DNA of 21,383 nt from an uncultured Acidobacteriota bacterium (GTDB taxonomy: Bacteria > Acidobacteriota > Thermoanaerobaculia > Multivoradales > JAHEKO01). Below the pieces are notes generated by a model that saw only the letters and a list, made by a program, of their open reading frames with translations, had not been told where the DNA came from and did no database searches. Of this stretch, positions 1-8,786 are shown piece by piece. The translations under genes and the position numbers were made by a program. How positions within the stretch are numbered: position 1 is the stretch's first letter; each line of letters opens with the position of its first letter. The stretch is from assembly GCA_963713825.1 (NCBI GenBank), contig CAVQNG010000008.1:1-21383 (forward strand), read 5' to 3'.

Positions 1-659
1 TCTTCGCCTACGCCATCGCGGCGAACGGAGAGGTGCGGGACTACTACGACCAGATCCTCGGGATCGACCTCGAGAAGGCCGGGCCGAACCTCGAACAGAA
101 GGGGCTCAAGTTCTGGAGCGAGTTCGATCTCCCGCCTGGCGAGTACCTCGCGAGGGTCCTCGTGCGCAATGCGGTGACAGGTGACTCGGGAGTAGCCGTG
201 TCCCCGTTTCGTGTGCCGGATGCGGGCATGGCGGAGCCGACCCTGCTGGCGCCGCTGTTTCCGGAGCCGGCCGGTCTGTGGCTGAACGTCCGAGGACAGC
301 GTGCTCTGGAGTCCGAGCAAGACTACCCGTTCACGGTGCAAGGCCAGGCCTTCGAGCCAGCCGTGAAGCCGATTCTGATTCCAGGGCAGAGCGCTGCGGT
401 ACTGCTCGCCGGTTACGGCCTCGGAGACGCGGTTCGGATCACGGGTGAGCTGCTGACTCCTGAGGGCGACCCGGCAGGAAGGGTCTTCCTGAACGTCGGC
501 GAGCGCCGGCCGGCTGAGGAGCCGGGTTTGTCGCAGTGGGCGGCCACGCTGAGCACGGGTCCGGTAGAGCCTGGTGACTACATTCTGGAGGTCACCGCAA
601 CGGATCCCGGGTCCCGCGAGACCTACTCCAGCTCGATCACGGTCTCCGTTTCGGGTTGA
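1..659 (+). CDS. 5'-partial CDS; C-terminal Ig-like region resembling Acidobacteria-type VWA-domain-containing proteins
   Basis: Frame is open from the window edge (FAYAIAANGEVRDYYDQ...) to TGA at 657-659. Two 'LPPGEYLARVLVRN' / 'VEPGDYILEVTATD' beta-sandwich signatures are typical of these C-termini. The VWA domain itself is not in the window. Confidence 0.6.
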   Translation, partial: FAYAIAANGEVRDYYDQILGIDLEKAGPNLEQKGLKFWSEFDLPPGEYLARVLVRNAVTGDSGVAVSPFRVPDAGMAEPTLLAPLFPEPAGLWLNVRGQRALESEQDYPFTVQGQAFEPAVKPILIPGQSAAVLLAGYGLGDAVRITGELLTPEGDPAGRVFLNVGERRPAEEPGLSQWAATLSTGPVEPGDYILEVTATDPGSRETYSSSITVSVSG

Positions 660-689
660 AACCTTCGGGGTCAGGGCGGAAGGCAGCGT

Positions 690-3600
690 CTACCGCCAAT
701 CCCCGGCGGCCACGAACCCCGCCCAGTAGAAGGGATGGGTACTCTCACCCGCTGTCCGCCGCGCTGCAAGCAGGTCGAGATTCGTGTGATGGACGGCTTC
801 GATTGTCGAGAGCCCGTCCATGAAACGATGCCGGTAGAGTTGGGACATCCAATCACGGGTGACATCGTCGTCCACCGGCCAGAGGCTCATGATCAGGGTG
901 CGCACCCCGGCAGCGGCGAAGGTGCGGCGCAGGCCGAGCACACCCTCGCCAGTCTGCACGTCACCGAGCCCGCTCTCGCACGCTGAAAGCACGGCCCAAT
1001 CGACACCCAGCAGATCGAGAGCCGCCACCTCCTCCGCGGTCAAGATGCCGTCGTCCTCGCTCGGCAGCGCTGCCTGACGGTGATTCGCACCCGCGAAAGC
1101 CAGCCCCGATCGCAGCAGGGGGCTCTCCATGGACACATCGGCCGCCCAGCGGCCGGGTAGCTCGTAGACCGGGCAGCCTGCTCCGAGGTAGAAGCCGTGG
1201 GTGGAGAGGTGAAGCACCTGTCGGCCAGCGGCGAGGCGCTTGAAGCTCGCCTCCAGAGCGTCGTCTCGGAACAGCGTCGTCACGGGTTGCGAGGCCCCGA
1301 AGCCCTGCCAGACTTCGGCGATTTCTTCGACTTCCCGTTCGCTGGCCGGCAGGGGGAGAAAGCGCATCGTCTGAAAGCTCTCGCAGGTCGAGCGCAGACC
1401 ACGGTCGACACTGTTCCCCGCTGCTTCTGTCGGGGATTCGGCAACGCCTGCTCCAGAGCCGATCCCCCCGGCAGCGGACAAGTACGCCGGCTCGTCGAAA
1501 TCCGGATTGCCGATCGCCAAGAGACCCTTGCCCATCGTCGGTGAGGTCTCCGCCACCAGGTCGCGCTCCGCGGACAGATAGTGCAGCAAAGGTCCAACCT
1601 CTGCGAGATACTCGCTCTTCCCGACCGGCAGCGCGGCCAGGCTGACCAGGTGCAGGCTGCCGTCCGGCACCACAAACACCTGCTGCAGGTCGGCCAGGTA
1701 GGGCTCGAGCGGTACCCAGATCAGCTGCCGAAATCGCTCTGCGACTTCTCGGTAGTCCGATTCCAGAGAGGAAGTCCCTAGAAGGGCGAGCTCCGCTTCT
1801 CTCTCGACTTCGGTCCTGAGCTCCTCGACCAGGGCTTCGATCTGGCTGGCTCTCCCCAGGTCGACGAGCTCGACTTCGGTGGACCCAGCTCGTAGCACGT
1901 AGGCCAGATACGAGGGTACGGGCTCCGCGGGGAGTGTCCTCTCGGCACCCTCTCCCACAGTCGAGAAGTGCCGGTAGCGTCTGAAACCCAGCAATCCGCT
2001 TTCCGCTGGCAGCGAAGCCATGACCTCGTCCAGGCCGACACCTTTCCCTTGCTCGCGAAGGCGGAATCGCCGATCGACCTCGGCGAGTGCTCTCTCGACC
2101 CGGTCGCGCTCTCTTCGGGCGTTGACGAGCGCCAGTTGAAACGAGTCGATCGCGTCGGGAGCTCCGGGACCCTGCACCGTGAGGTATGCCAACCTCTTGC
2201 GAGATCGCGTCAGATCGTCCAGCAGGCGGGCGGTACCCATGGCCGCACTGGTCGAGAGCTTCCGGCGACGGTCGGCGATCTCGTCCAGGACAAGGGCGCG
2301 GGATCGGATCAGGGCATCGACTCCCTGCTGTCTCGCACCCGACTCCGGCCTGTCGATCAGTAGAGAAAGTACTCTGTCCAAGCCTGAGGGGCGGTTCGCT
2401 GCGTACCGCAGAGCAACGCGTTCGCTCAGGCCGGACAGCATGATTCGGGAGTGCTCCCTGGCGATCACCTCGGCTTGGAGAGCCTGGTCGAATGCCGCCT
2501 TCCAATCCTTCGCCCGGATCCATCCGTCTGCGATCTTCAGACGGGTGGCGGCAGCTCGGGGATTCTGACGTCCGTAGAGCCGTTCGAGAATGATGACCGC
2601 CTCCTCGTAGATCGGAATGGCCTGGCTCGCGGCTCCCATCTCATCGATGAGATCGGCCAGTGCGACGAGGTTCTCGGCGAACTCGTGGTTCGGGACCCCG
2701 AGACCCTGCTGCCGGACCAGGAATCCTCGACTCAGAACCTCTCGGGCCTCTTCGTGCCGACCCTGGGCACGAAGCACTTGGCCGAGCGCTCTCGAGGCCT
2801 CATCCGATCCGGGCGTGCCCGGATGCGTGACGCAGCCGCGGATCTCGCAGGCGCGGCGGGCGAGCGGCTCGGCGCGCTCGAGATCTCCATCCGCCAGATA
2901 GAGTGCCGAGAGGGCGATGTAGTGGTCGGCCGTATACTGGCCGGCGATTCCGTAGAGACCGGTAGCGATCTGCAGACCCTGTTCGAGATGACGCCGGGCA
3001 TCCCCGAGCTCGCCCAGTTCGGTTTCGAGCTGCCCTAGCTGGGTGAGCAGCGATGCGGCTTCGATGCAGCCGGGTGCGTAGGTCCGCTCAGCGATTCCGA
3101 GAGCCTTCTCGTAGAGTTGTCGGGCCGAGACCAGGTCACCCTGGCGATACCGTAGGGATCCCAGGGCGCCGTAGGTCTTGGCGGACAGTCCGACTTCGGG
3201 GTACTGCTCGAAGATCGCGATGGAGCGCCACAGGCTCTCCTCGGCCGCTACCGGGTCTCCGCGGATCTCCTGAAGTTGGTGGATACCGTGCAGGTAGTGT
3301 CCGAGAAGGAGATGATCGGATCCCAGGGACTGCTCGAGGGACTGCACCGCCTCGCTCATCAACTCGAACGACTCCGTGTAACGGTGAAGCTCATGAAGGA
3401 CCCAACCGTAGAGGTAGAGACTCTGCGCGACGAGGGGATGGTCCTCCGGGAGTCGTCTCCGGCGGAGCTCGAGCGCCCGCCGGGTCAGTGCTTCGGCGGT
3501 GGCGCCGTAGTCTCCCGTCCGCGAATGGAGGTGAAACTCGGCGAGCCCGGTGAGCACCTCCGCCAACGTCAGCTCATCCGGCCTCGCGGCGCTCTCGGCT

Positions 3601-4163
3601 ATGCCGACAGCCAGGGCCGAGTGCCATTCGGCGTCTCGTGTCGGACCGGTGTGAAGAAAACGCTGGCCCAGCCGATGGTGGGCCCGGGCTAAGCTGATGT
3701 CGTCGGAGCCGGGGCTCGACTCGTAGATCTGCAGGGCCCTGGTGAGGAGGTCTCCAGCGACGGCGTAGCTGTCCGTGGCGAGCAGCACGTCAGCCTTGCG
3801 CACCAGGCTGTCCGCCACCAGCGGGTCGGAATCACCGAGCTGTGACTCTCGTATCGCCAGCGCGCGATCGGCCAGCTCCAGGGTCTCCGGCAGACTCGAC
3901 TTACCGCCGAGCTGGAGGGCTTCTACATAGTGGTCCAGCAACGCAGCCGTTGCGAGGGAGTCCGATCCCGTGAGGCTTTCGATCTCGGGGAGGAGGCCAT
4001 GGGCGAAGCGCTCTGCCGCGTCGTACTTGCCGAGATCGATCAGCTGCCCGACACGTTGGATCGCCTGATCGTAAGGATGAGCTTCAACCGAAGCGAGCGC
4101 ACTTGCGCACACCAACACGCTTCCGGCTCCGAGAAGCGCCATTCGCCAGCTTCGGTTTGCCAT
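690..4163 (-). CDS. TPR-repeat + CHAT domain (caspase/separase-like, HetF family) protease with N-terminal signal peptide
   Basis: 1157 aa. Kinesin-light-chain-like TPRs (ALAIRESQLGDSDPLVADSL, EDHPLVAQSL). CHAT motifs VFVVPDGSLHLVSL, LHLSTHGF (His989), VLSACESGLG (Cys1062), GEGVLGLRRTF, SLWPVDD, HPFYWAGF. The N-terminus MANRSWRMALLGAGSVLVCASALA is signal-peptide-like. Confidence 0.93.
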   Translation of the reverse strand: MANRSWRMALLGAGSVLVCASALASVEAHPYDQAIQRVGQLIDLGKYDAAERFAHGLLPEIESLTGSDSLATAALLDHYVEALQLGGKSSLPETLELADRALAIRESQLGDSDPLVADSLVRKADVLLATDSYAVAGDLLTRALQIYESSPGSDDISLARAHHRLGQRFLHTGPTRDAEWHSALAVGIAESAARPDELTLAEVLTGLAEFHLHSRTGDYGATAEALTRRALELRRRRLPEDHPLVAQSLYLYGWVLHELHRYTESFELMSEAVQSLEQSLGSDHLLLGHYLHGIHQLQEIRGDPVAAEESLWRSIAIFEQYPEVGLSAKTYGALGSLRYRQGDLVSARQLYEKALGIAERTYAPGCIEAASLLTQLGQLETELGELGDARRHLEQGLQIATGLYGIAGQYTADHYIALSALYLADGDLERAEPLARRACEIRGCVTHPGTPGSDEASRALGQVLRAQGRHEEAREVLSRGFLVRQQGLGVPNHEFAENLVALADLIDEMGAASQAIPIYEEAVIILERLYGRQNPRAAATRLKIADGWIRAKDWKAAFDQALQAEVIAREHSRIMLSGLSERVALRYAANRPSGLDRVLSLLIDRPESGARQQGVDALIRSRALVLDEIADRRRKLSTSAAMGTARLLDDLTRSRKRLAYLTVQGPGAPDAIDSFQLALVNARRERDRVERALAEVDRRFRLREQGKGVGLDEVMASLPAESGLLGFRRYRHFSTVGEGAERTLPAEPVPSYLAYVLRAGSTEVELVDLGRASQIEALVEELRTEVEREAELALLGTSSLESDYREVAERFRQLIWVPLEPYLADLQQVFVVPDGSLHLVSLAALPVGKSEYLAEVGPLLHYLSAERDLVAETSPTMGKGLLAIGNPDFDEPAYLSAAGGIGSGAGVAESPTEAAGNSVDRGLRSTCESFQTMRFLPLPASEREVEEIAEVWQGFGASQPVTTLFRDDALEASFKRLAAGRQVLHLSTHGFYLGAGCPVYELPGRWAADVSMESPLLRSGLAFAGANHRQAALPSEDDGILTAEEVAALDLLGVDWAVLSACESGLGDVQTGEGVLGLRRTFAAAGVRTLIMSLWPVDDDVTRDWMSQLYRHRFMDGLSTIEAVHHTNLDLLAARRTAGESTHPFYWAGFVAAGDWR

Positions 4164-4171
4164 GGTTCAGC

Positions 4172-4900
4172 TCATTCTGGGATCTGCTCGAGAACCTCCT
4201 CTGCTCGGGTTTGCAGCTCTCCACCCACCCAGATGACGTCGGACAGGTCGGCGAGTGCGGAATCGAGATCGCCGAGGCGCAGGTGCGCCTTGGCGCGGTA
4301 GAAGTGGGCCCACTCCGAGTAGGGGGTGTCTTCGAACCCCGCCACATGGCTCAGGCTGTCGATGGCCTCTTCCGGCCTATTCTCCAGGAGATAGCAGGCA
4401 CCGAGATAGAAATGGGCCTTGTCGAGGCCCTCATCGAGGGCGACCGCATTCTCCAGTCCTGGAATCGCCGCAGCGAGGTCACCCTCCTCGTAGGCGGCCA
4501 TCGCCTCCCGGAATGCGAGTTCTCCCTCACCCACCACGCTTCGGAGCGTACTGGGTTCGTAGGGCGGGGCTTCGACGGCCGAAGCGGCGATCAGGACCTG
4601 ATCGGTGGGAGATCCCGCCCAGGGGGCGAGCCAGAGGACCAGACCGAGCCCCGCTACGATCACGGCTGCCGCCAGGAGCCACCAGGGGTTGAAATCGGCT
4701 CTCGAAGGCGCCGCTGGGCTCAGCTCTTCCCGAGGAGCGTTCGAAAGTGCGGCACGAATGGCGGCATGGTCTTGCAGCGCCCGATAGCAGTCTTCGCACT
4801 CGAAGAAGTGCTGCTCGAACGCCGCTGTGTCCGCCTCATTCAGCTGGCCGGCGGAGTAGCGCTCGACGATCTGCTTGTCAGCCACATTCGTGCAGTTCAT
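4172..4900 (-). CDS. Membrane-anchored anti-sigma factor: zf-HC2 zinc finger + TM helix + extracytoplasmic TPR domain
   Basis: 242 aa. FEQHFFECEDC (HxxxCxxC), hydrophobic WWLLAAAVIVAGLGLVLWLAPW, TPR helices (AHFYLGACYLLENRPEEAI; AHFYRAKAHLRLGDLDSA). Directly downstream of the ECF gene with a GGGAG RBS. Confidence 0.88.
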   Translation of the reverse strand: MNCTNVADKQIVERYSAGQLNEADTAAFEQHFFECEDCYRALQDHAAIRAALSNAPREELSPAAPSRADFNPWWLLAAAVIVAGLGLVLWLAPWAGSPTDQVLIAASAVEAPPYEPSTLRSVVGEGELAFREAMAAYEEGDLAAAIPGLENAVALDEGLDKAHFYLGACYLLENRPEEAIDSLSHVAGFEDTPYSEWAHFYRAKAHLRLGDLDSALADLSDVIWVGGELQTRAEEVLEQIPE

Positions 4901-4928
4901 GTCGGCTCCCGTTCTAGGAGTAGCACTT

Positions 4929-5492
4929 TCAGCGATTTTGTGACCCTTTTTCTTTCAAGAATGCACGAACCTGGCGCAACGCTCGTGACTTTCTTTTTCG
5001 CACGACCTCAGAGCTCAGGCCCATTTTGGCTGCAATCTCGGCCGATCCCTGGCCGTCGATGACGCTCGCCTGCAGAATGGCGCAATCGCTGCTCTTGAGA
5101 GATTGAATCGCCTGGAGGGCTAGCCGACTCCGCTCGACGCTGGAGAAGCACTGTTCGGGATCGGGCAGGTCGATCTGGAGGTCGTCAGTTAGTTTCGTTT
5201 CCTTGCGCTGGGCGCGGCCCCGAAAGAAGAAGCTGATCGTGTTGCGAGCGGTGGTACAGATGTAGGCGACCAGGCTGTCGTGGTTCCGCAGGCGGCCTTC
5301 GCGGAGGGCACACAGCACCGAGATCATGACCTCCTGGGCGAGATCTCGTGCAATTTCCGGATCTCCGGTCCGGGCCAGGGCCATAGCGAAGATCCGACCT
5401 TGAAAGCGCTGCACCAGCTCTGACTCGGCTTCGGAGTCACCGAGCCCGATGCGTTCCACCAGGCCAGCTGTTCCGCTCTCGGTCGCCATCAT
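4929..5492 (-). CDS. ECF-subfamily sigma-70 RNA polymerase sigma factor
   Basis: 187 aa (start may be the second ATG at 5489). Region 2 (GDSEAESELVQRF, ARDLAQEV, AYICTTARN) and region 4 HTH (SAEIAAKMGLSSEVVRKRKSRAL). GAGGGA RBS. Confidence 0.93.
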   Translation of the reverse strand: MMATESGTAGLVERIGLGDSEAESELVQRFQGRIFAMALARTGDPEIARDLAQEVMISVLCALREGRLRNHDSLVAYICTTARNTISFFFRGRAQRKETKLTDDLQIDLPDPEQCFSSVERSRLALQAIQSLKSSDCAILQASVIDGQGSAEIAAKMGLSSEVVRKRKSRALRQVRAFLKEKGSQNR

Positions 5493-5521
5493 TCCCTCGG
5501 GCTGCAGCGAGTGACTCCCTG

Positions 5522-5550
5522 ATTCTATTCGCCCCCTGCGCCTCCCGAAA
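5522..5550 (-). promoter_or_regulatory. Candidate housekeeping sigma70-type promoter of the ECF operon (TTTCGG-N17-TAGAAT)
   Basis: TAGAAT on the minus strand at 5522-5527 with a weak -35 at 17 nt spacing. TAGAAT also occurs in other intergenic regions (19474-19479 minus, 20065-20070 plus). Confidence 0.35.
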
Positions 5551-5577
5551 GCACATCGATCGAGATCGATCTTTCTC

Positions 5578-5605
5578 GGTCACGAATCCCGATCTCGTGC
5601 ATCTC
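5578..5605 (+). promoter_or_regulatory. Putative ECF promoter copy 1 (GGTCAC-N16-CATCTC)
   Basis: Same motif, spacing and 58-nt distance to the ATG upstream of all four paralogs. Followed by ATGAAC and an AAAGGAGG RBS. Confidence 0.75.
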
Positions 5606-5635
5606 TCCTCATGAACGATCCGAAAGGAGGACGTG

Positions 5636-7042
5636 ATGAGGAAGATCTCGAAGTGTCTGCTCGGAGCTGCGGTGCTGCTATTGCTCGGGGAGGCCATCTG
5701 CAGCGCCAACCTGATCAGCTATATCGAGCGAAGGGCCAACAAAGAGGTGCTGATCGTGATGGAGGACGACGGCACCAACCCCGTCGAGCTCTTCGTGGCT
5801 GGCAGGCGCGACCCTGCCATCGAAGGACCCACGGTGTCGCCTGCGGGGCTGGAGGAGCCTTGGGTGCTCTTCAACCAATCGGACATCTACAGAATTCGAC
5901 CCGACGGCACCGGTCAGGACTTGGTTCTCTGCGTCGGCGGCACCGACAGGTTCGGAGCGCCCTATTACATACACCTATGGGTCGGAATCTGGTCGCCCGA
6001 TGGTTCTCAGATACTTTTTCAGTCAAACAGATCTTTCGATGGGGCGGGAGAGACATTCCTTGCGCTGCTTCCCGCGGACCACACCGCGAATGAATCCTGT
6101 ACCAGTGCGTTGACCGAGATCCATAAGCCCCCCTCTCCCTGGTATGTAGATGCCGGGCCTGCGGCCTGGAATCATGATGGCTCGCGAATCGCCTTCTACG
6201 AGAGCAATATGGACACCTGGCAGAGCCGTTTGGCCGTGATCGAGCGTACTGCGCCTGGAGTCTGGGAGCGTATCGATACCCTTTCGCTCCCCGTCCTGGA
6301 CGAGTTTTATGCAAGGGATCTTTCCTGGCGGCCGCAGTCTGGGAGCGGTCTAGTGATCTTCCGCCTGAGGAACGACACGGGGCATTGGCTTGCTGCAATC
6401 GATCTCCATTCCCGTGACTGGGACTACGTTCGGAACAATGGGAGCCCGATTGAGATGGCTTGGGACAGCTACCCCAAATGGTCGTCCGATGGAAACGAAA
6501 TTCTCTTTACCGATCCCGATGGCAATCTCGTTCGATGGACCTACCCTGACGGCGACCGCCAGGTGATTGGTTCCGGATTCCGGAGTGATTGGCAGCGGGA
6601 TGTGTTCGTCAGTTCCTGTGAAGCGGACGTTGATTGCGATGACGGCAATGTCTGCACGTTCGATTCCTGTGTTGCGGGTAGCTGCGAGCACGACCCCTTG
6701 AACGGTGGCACCTGCGGTGTCGGCGGTTGGTGCGTGGAAGGAAGCTGCTTCGAGCCGGAGTGCACCGAAAGCGCCGACTGCGAGGACTTCAACGAGTGCA
6801 CGACCGCGGAGTGCGTTGGTTACGCCTGCCTCGTGACCAATGTTGGGGTGGGCACTCCCTGCACCGATGACGGAGACTCCTGCACGGTCGACACCTGCAA
6901 CGGTGCAGGTACCTGCGAAAGTGTCTTCGATCCGGACATCCCCGGTTGCGAGCCGGTCTGTGGGGCCAAGGGTGAATTCTGCACCTCCGGCGCCGACTGC
7001 TGCTCCGGCCTCTGTCACCCGGTGAAAGGGGAGTGCAAGTAA
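5636..7042 (+). CDS. Secreted TolB/PD40-like beta-propeller + Cys-rich repeat + knottin-like protein, paralog 1
   Basis: AGGAGG at 5625-5630 favours ATG 5636 (GTG 5633 is an alternative). Signal peptide, WSPDGSQILF, AWNHDGSRIAF, PKWSSDGNEILF. The tail has 24 Cys with CDDGNxCTxDxC-type repeats. Confidence 0.85.
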   Translation: MRKISKCLLGAAVLLLLGEAICSANLISYIERRANKEVLIVMEDDGTNPVELFVAGRRDPAIEGPTVSPAGLEEPWVLFNQSDIYRIRPDGTGQDLVLCVGGTDRFGAPYYIHLWVGIWSPDGSQILFQSNRSFDGAGETFLALLPADHTANESCTSALTEIHKPPSPWYVDAGPAAWNHDGSRIAFYESNMDTWQSRLAVIERTAPGVWERIDTLSLPVLDEFYARDLSWRPQSGSGLVIFRLRNDTGHWLAAIDLHSRDWDYVRNNGSPIEMAWDSYPKWSSDGNEILFTDPDGNLVRWTYPDGDRQVIGSGFRSDWQRDVFVSSCEADVDCDDGNVCTFDSCVAGSCEHDPLNGGTCGVGGWCVEGSCFEPECTESADCEDFNECTTAECVGYACLVTNVGVGTPCTDDGDSCTVDTCNGAGTCESVFDPDIPGCEPVCGAKGEFCTSGADCCSGLCHPVKGECK

Positions 7043-7078
7043 TCAGGCAGTACTCTCAGGGACGCATTATAGGCGTTG

Positions 7079-7117
7079 CAGCGACCAGGAGAGCTTCGGC
7101 TCCTGGTCGCTGTTTGT
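7079..7117 (+). terminator. Repeated terminator-like hairpin, copy 1
   Basis: CAGCGACCAG(GA)GAGC-TTCG-GCTCCTGGTCGCTG followed by TTTGT. 14-bp stem, 2-nt bulge, cUUCGg tetraloop, short U tract. Confidence 0.65.
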
Positions 7118-7134
7118 CTGTGGAGCAGATTTTC

Positions 7135-7162
7135 GGTCACAGATCCCGGTTTCGAGCATCTC
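7135..7162 (+). promoter_or_regulatory. Putative ECF promoter copy 2
   Basis: GGTCAC 7135-7140, N16, CATCTC 7157-7162; 58 nt to ATG 7193. Confidence 0.75.
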
Positions 7163-7192
7163 TATTGATGAACACGCCGAAAGGAGGACGTG

Positions 7193-8635
7193 ATGAAGAG
7201 GGTTTCGAAGTGCCTGTTGGCGGTTGCGGTACTGCTGTTGCTCGGGGATGCCGTCTGCCGCGCCAACTTGATCGCCTACACGACGTCGTCGAAGAACCGC
7301 GAACGGTTGATGGTCATGGAGGACTCCGGGGCCGATCCCACCCAGCTTGTCCTAGGCGCCAAGTTCTCGCCCCTCTACGCGTTTCCTTCGGTTTCGCCGG
7401 CCGGTGGCACGGACGGCACCTGGATCTTGTTCAGCGAATACTACGATCTCTACAAGATCCGACCTGACGGCAGTGAAAAGACCATGGTCTTGTGCGGCGG
7501 GGGTACGGACTCGTATGGAGATCCCTATTCCTTGGAGATCTTCGGCGCCGACTGGTCACCCGATGGGTCCGAGATTCTCGTCTACACATACCCAGTTGAC
7601 CTCACGGCGTTCTATCCGTGGTTCCTCGGCCTGATTCCGGCGACCCACACGGCAGAGCCGGGCGAAAGCTGCCCCAGTTCCCTCGTGAGGATCTACCCAG
7701 ACCCGGATTCCCCTTGGGGTCCTGATGGACCGGCCGCTTGGAACCAAGACGGCTCACAGCTCGCCTTTCTGGAATTCAATGCACTCACCTATGAAAGCCG
7801 AATGTCTGTCATCGAACGCCAGGCGTCGGGCGCGTGGGAGCCGGTCGACAGCTTCGTACCCATTCTGGGATCTCCTGATCTGCCTCACGACCCCACCGTG
7901 TTCTTTCTCGACTGGCAGCCTGGAACCAGCCTTCTGACTTTCAGGCTGAGGGGATCAGATGAACGAAGGCCCCCCTACTGGCTGGCCTCGATCGACCTGG
8001 ATACCCACGTCATGGACTTTGTTTTGGACAAGGGCAGCCGAATCGAAATGGATATCCGTAGCAGTCCCAGCTGGTCGGCCGACGGAAGCCAGATCCTCTT
8101 CACGGACCCAGATGGGAACCTCGTGAAGTGGACCTATCCCGACGGTGACCGTGAGGTGGTCGGCTCGGGTGACTGGGCCCACTGGCAGCGGGATCTGGTA
8201 CTCACCTCGTGTGAGCTAGACACCGACTGCAATGACCTCAACGAGTGCACGACCGACACCTGTTTGGCTGGCACCTGTAGCCACGCTAGCTTGGACGGTG
8301 ACGGGTGCGGCGACGGTGGCTGGTGCGTGGATGATTCCTGTCTCGAGCCTGAATGTGAATTCGACACCGATTGCGAAGACTCCAACGAATGCACGACCGA
8401 GGAGTGCGTCGGATATGCCTGTGTCGTGACCGACGTCGCGGCGGGCACTCCCTGCACCGACGATGGAGACTTCTGCACGGTCGACGCCTGCAACGGAGCT
8501 GGCGCCTGCGAGAACGTCTTCGATCCGAATCTCCCCGGCTGTGAACCTCTCTGCGGAATCGTGGGAGACCCCTGCAGCTCCGGTGCCGACTGCTGCTCCG
8601 GGCTCTGCCACCCGAAGAAGCACGTGTGCAAGTAG
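7193..8635 (+). CDS. Secreted beta-propeller + Cys-rich + knottin-like protein, paralog 2
   Basis: AGGAGG RBS (GTG 7190 is an alternative start). Signal peptide, WSPDGSEILV, AWNQDGSQLAF, PSWSADGSQILF, Cys-rich tail ending CCSGLCHPKKHVCK. Confidence 0.85.
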   Translation: MKRVSKCLLAVAVLLLLGDAVCRANLIAYTTSSKNRERLMVMEDSGADPTQLVLGAKFSPLYAFPSVSPAGGTDGTWILFSEYYDLYKIRPDGSEKTMVLCGGGTDSYGDPYSLEIFGADWSPDGSEILVYTYPVDLTAFYPWFLGLIPATHTAEPGESCPSSLVRIYPDPDSPWGPDGPAAWNQDGSQLAFLEFNALTYESRMSVIERQASGAWEPVDSFVPILGSPDLPHDPTVFFLDWQPGTSLLTFRLRGSDERRPPYWLASIDLDTHVMDFVLDKGSRIEMDIRSSPSWSADGSQILFTDPDGNLVKWTYPDGDREVVGSGDWAHWQRDLVLTSCELDTDCNDLNECTTDTCLAGTCSHASLDGDGCGDGGWCVDDSCLEPECEFDTDCEDSNECTTEECVGYACVVTDVAAGTPCTDDGDFCTVDACNGAGACENVFDPNLPGCEPLCGIVGDPCSSGADCCSGLCHPKKHVCK

Positions 8636-8710
8636 GCGACCTCGGTCAATTAGCGTCGGCTAGAGGCGTTTCGGCGACCAGGAGAGCTTCGGCTCCTGGT
8701 CGCTGTTTGT
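8239..8710 (+). repeat. ~472-bp near-identical direct repeat, copy A (3' end of paralog 2 + hairpin)
   Basis: Matches 9785-10256 at offset 1546. By eye there are only two mismatches, both synonymous (8596/10142, 8602/10148). Confidence 0.9.
8672..8710 (+). terminator. Repeated terminator-like hairpin, copy 2
   Basis: CGGCGACCAGGAGAGC-TTCG-GCTCCTGGTCGCTG-TTTGT. The A>G change relative to copy 1 keeps pairing as G-U. Confidence 0.65.
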
Positions 8711-8728
8711 ATTCAGGCGCAGATTTTC

Positions 8729-8756
8729 GGTCACAGATCCCGATCTCGCGCATCTC
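8729..8756 (+). promoter_or_regulatory. Putative ECF promoter copy 3
   Basis: GGTCAC 8729-8734, N16, CATCTC 8751-8756; 58 nt to ATG 8787. Confidence 0.75.
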
Positions 8757-8786
8757 TATTCATGAACGATCCGAAAGGAGGACGTG

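Noticed and set aside
660-689. Terminator between the convergent genes (ACC-TTCG-GGGT)
   Set aside because: The stem is too short and there is no U tract.
961-2523. Long alternative-frame and antisense ORFs (961..2523, 4103..5062, 15021..16610, 8134..8649, 9680..10195, 10876..11739)
   Set aside because: These are shadow ORFs of well-supported genes in high-GC DNA with no motifs. Repeated ones simply mirror the paralog repeats.
690-5492. Type III-E CRISPR Craspase module (Csx29/Csx30/CASP-sigma)
   Set aside because: No Cas7-11 or array. The CHAT has a signal peptide and the anti-sigma is a zf-HC2/TM protein, so this is an analogy only.
5511-5515. GTCAC on the minus strand as an ECF autoregulatory promoter
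   Set aside because: No CATCTC at N16, and the -10 position would overlap the start codon.
5555-5571. ATCGATCGAGATCGATC quasi-palindrome as an operator
   Set aside because: Single copy, imperfect, and built from GATC/TCGA words that are very common throughout this window.
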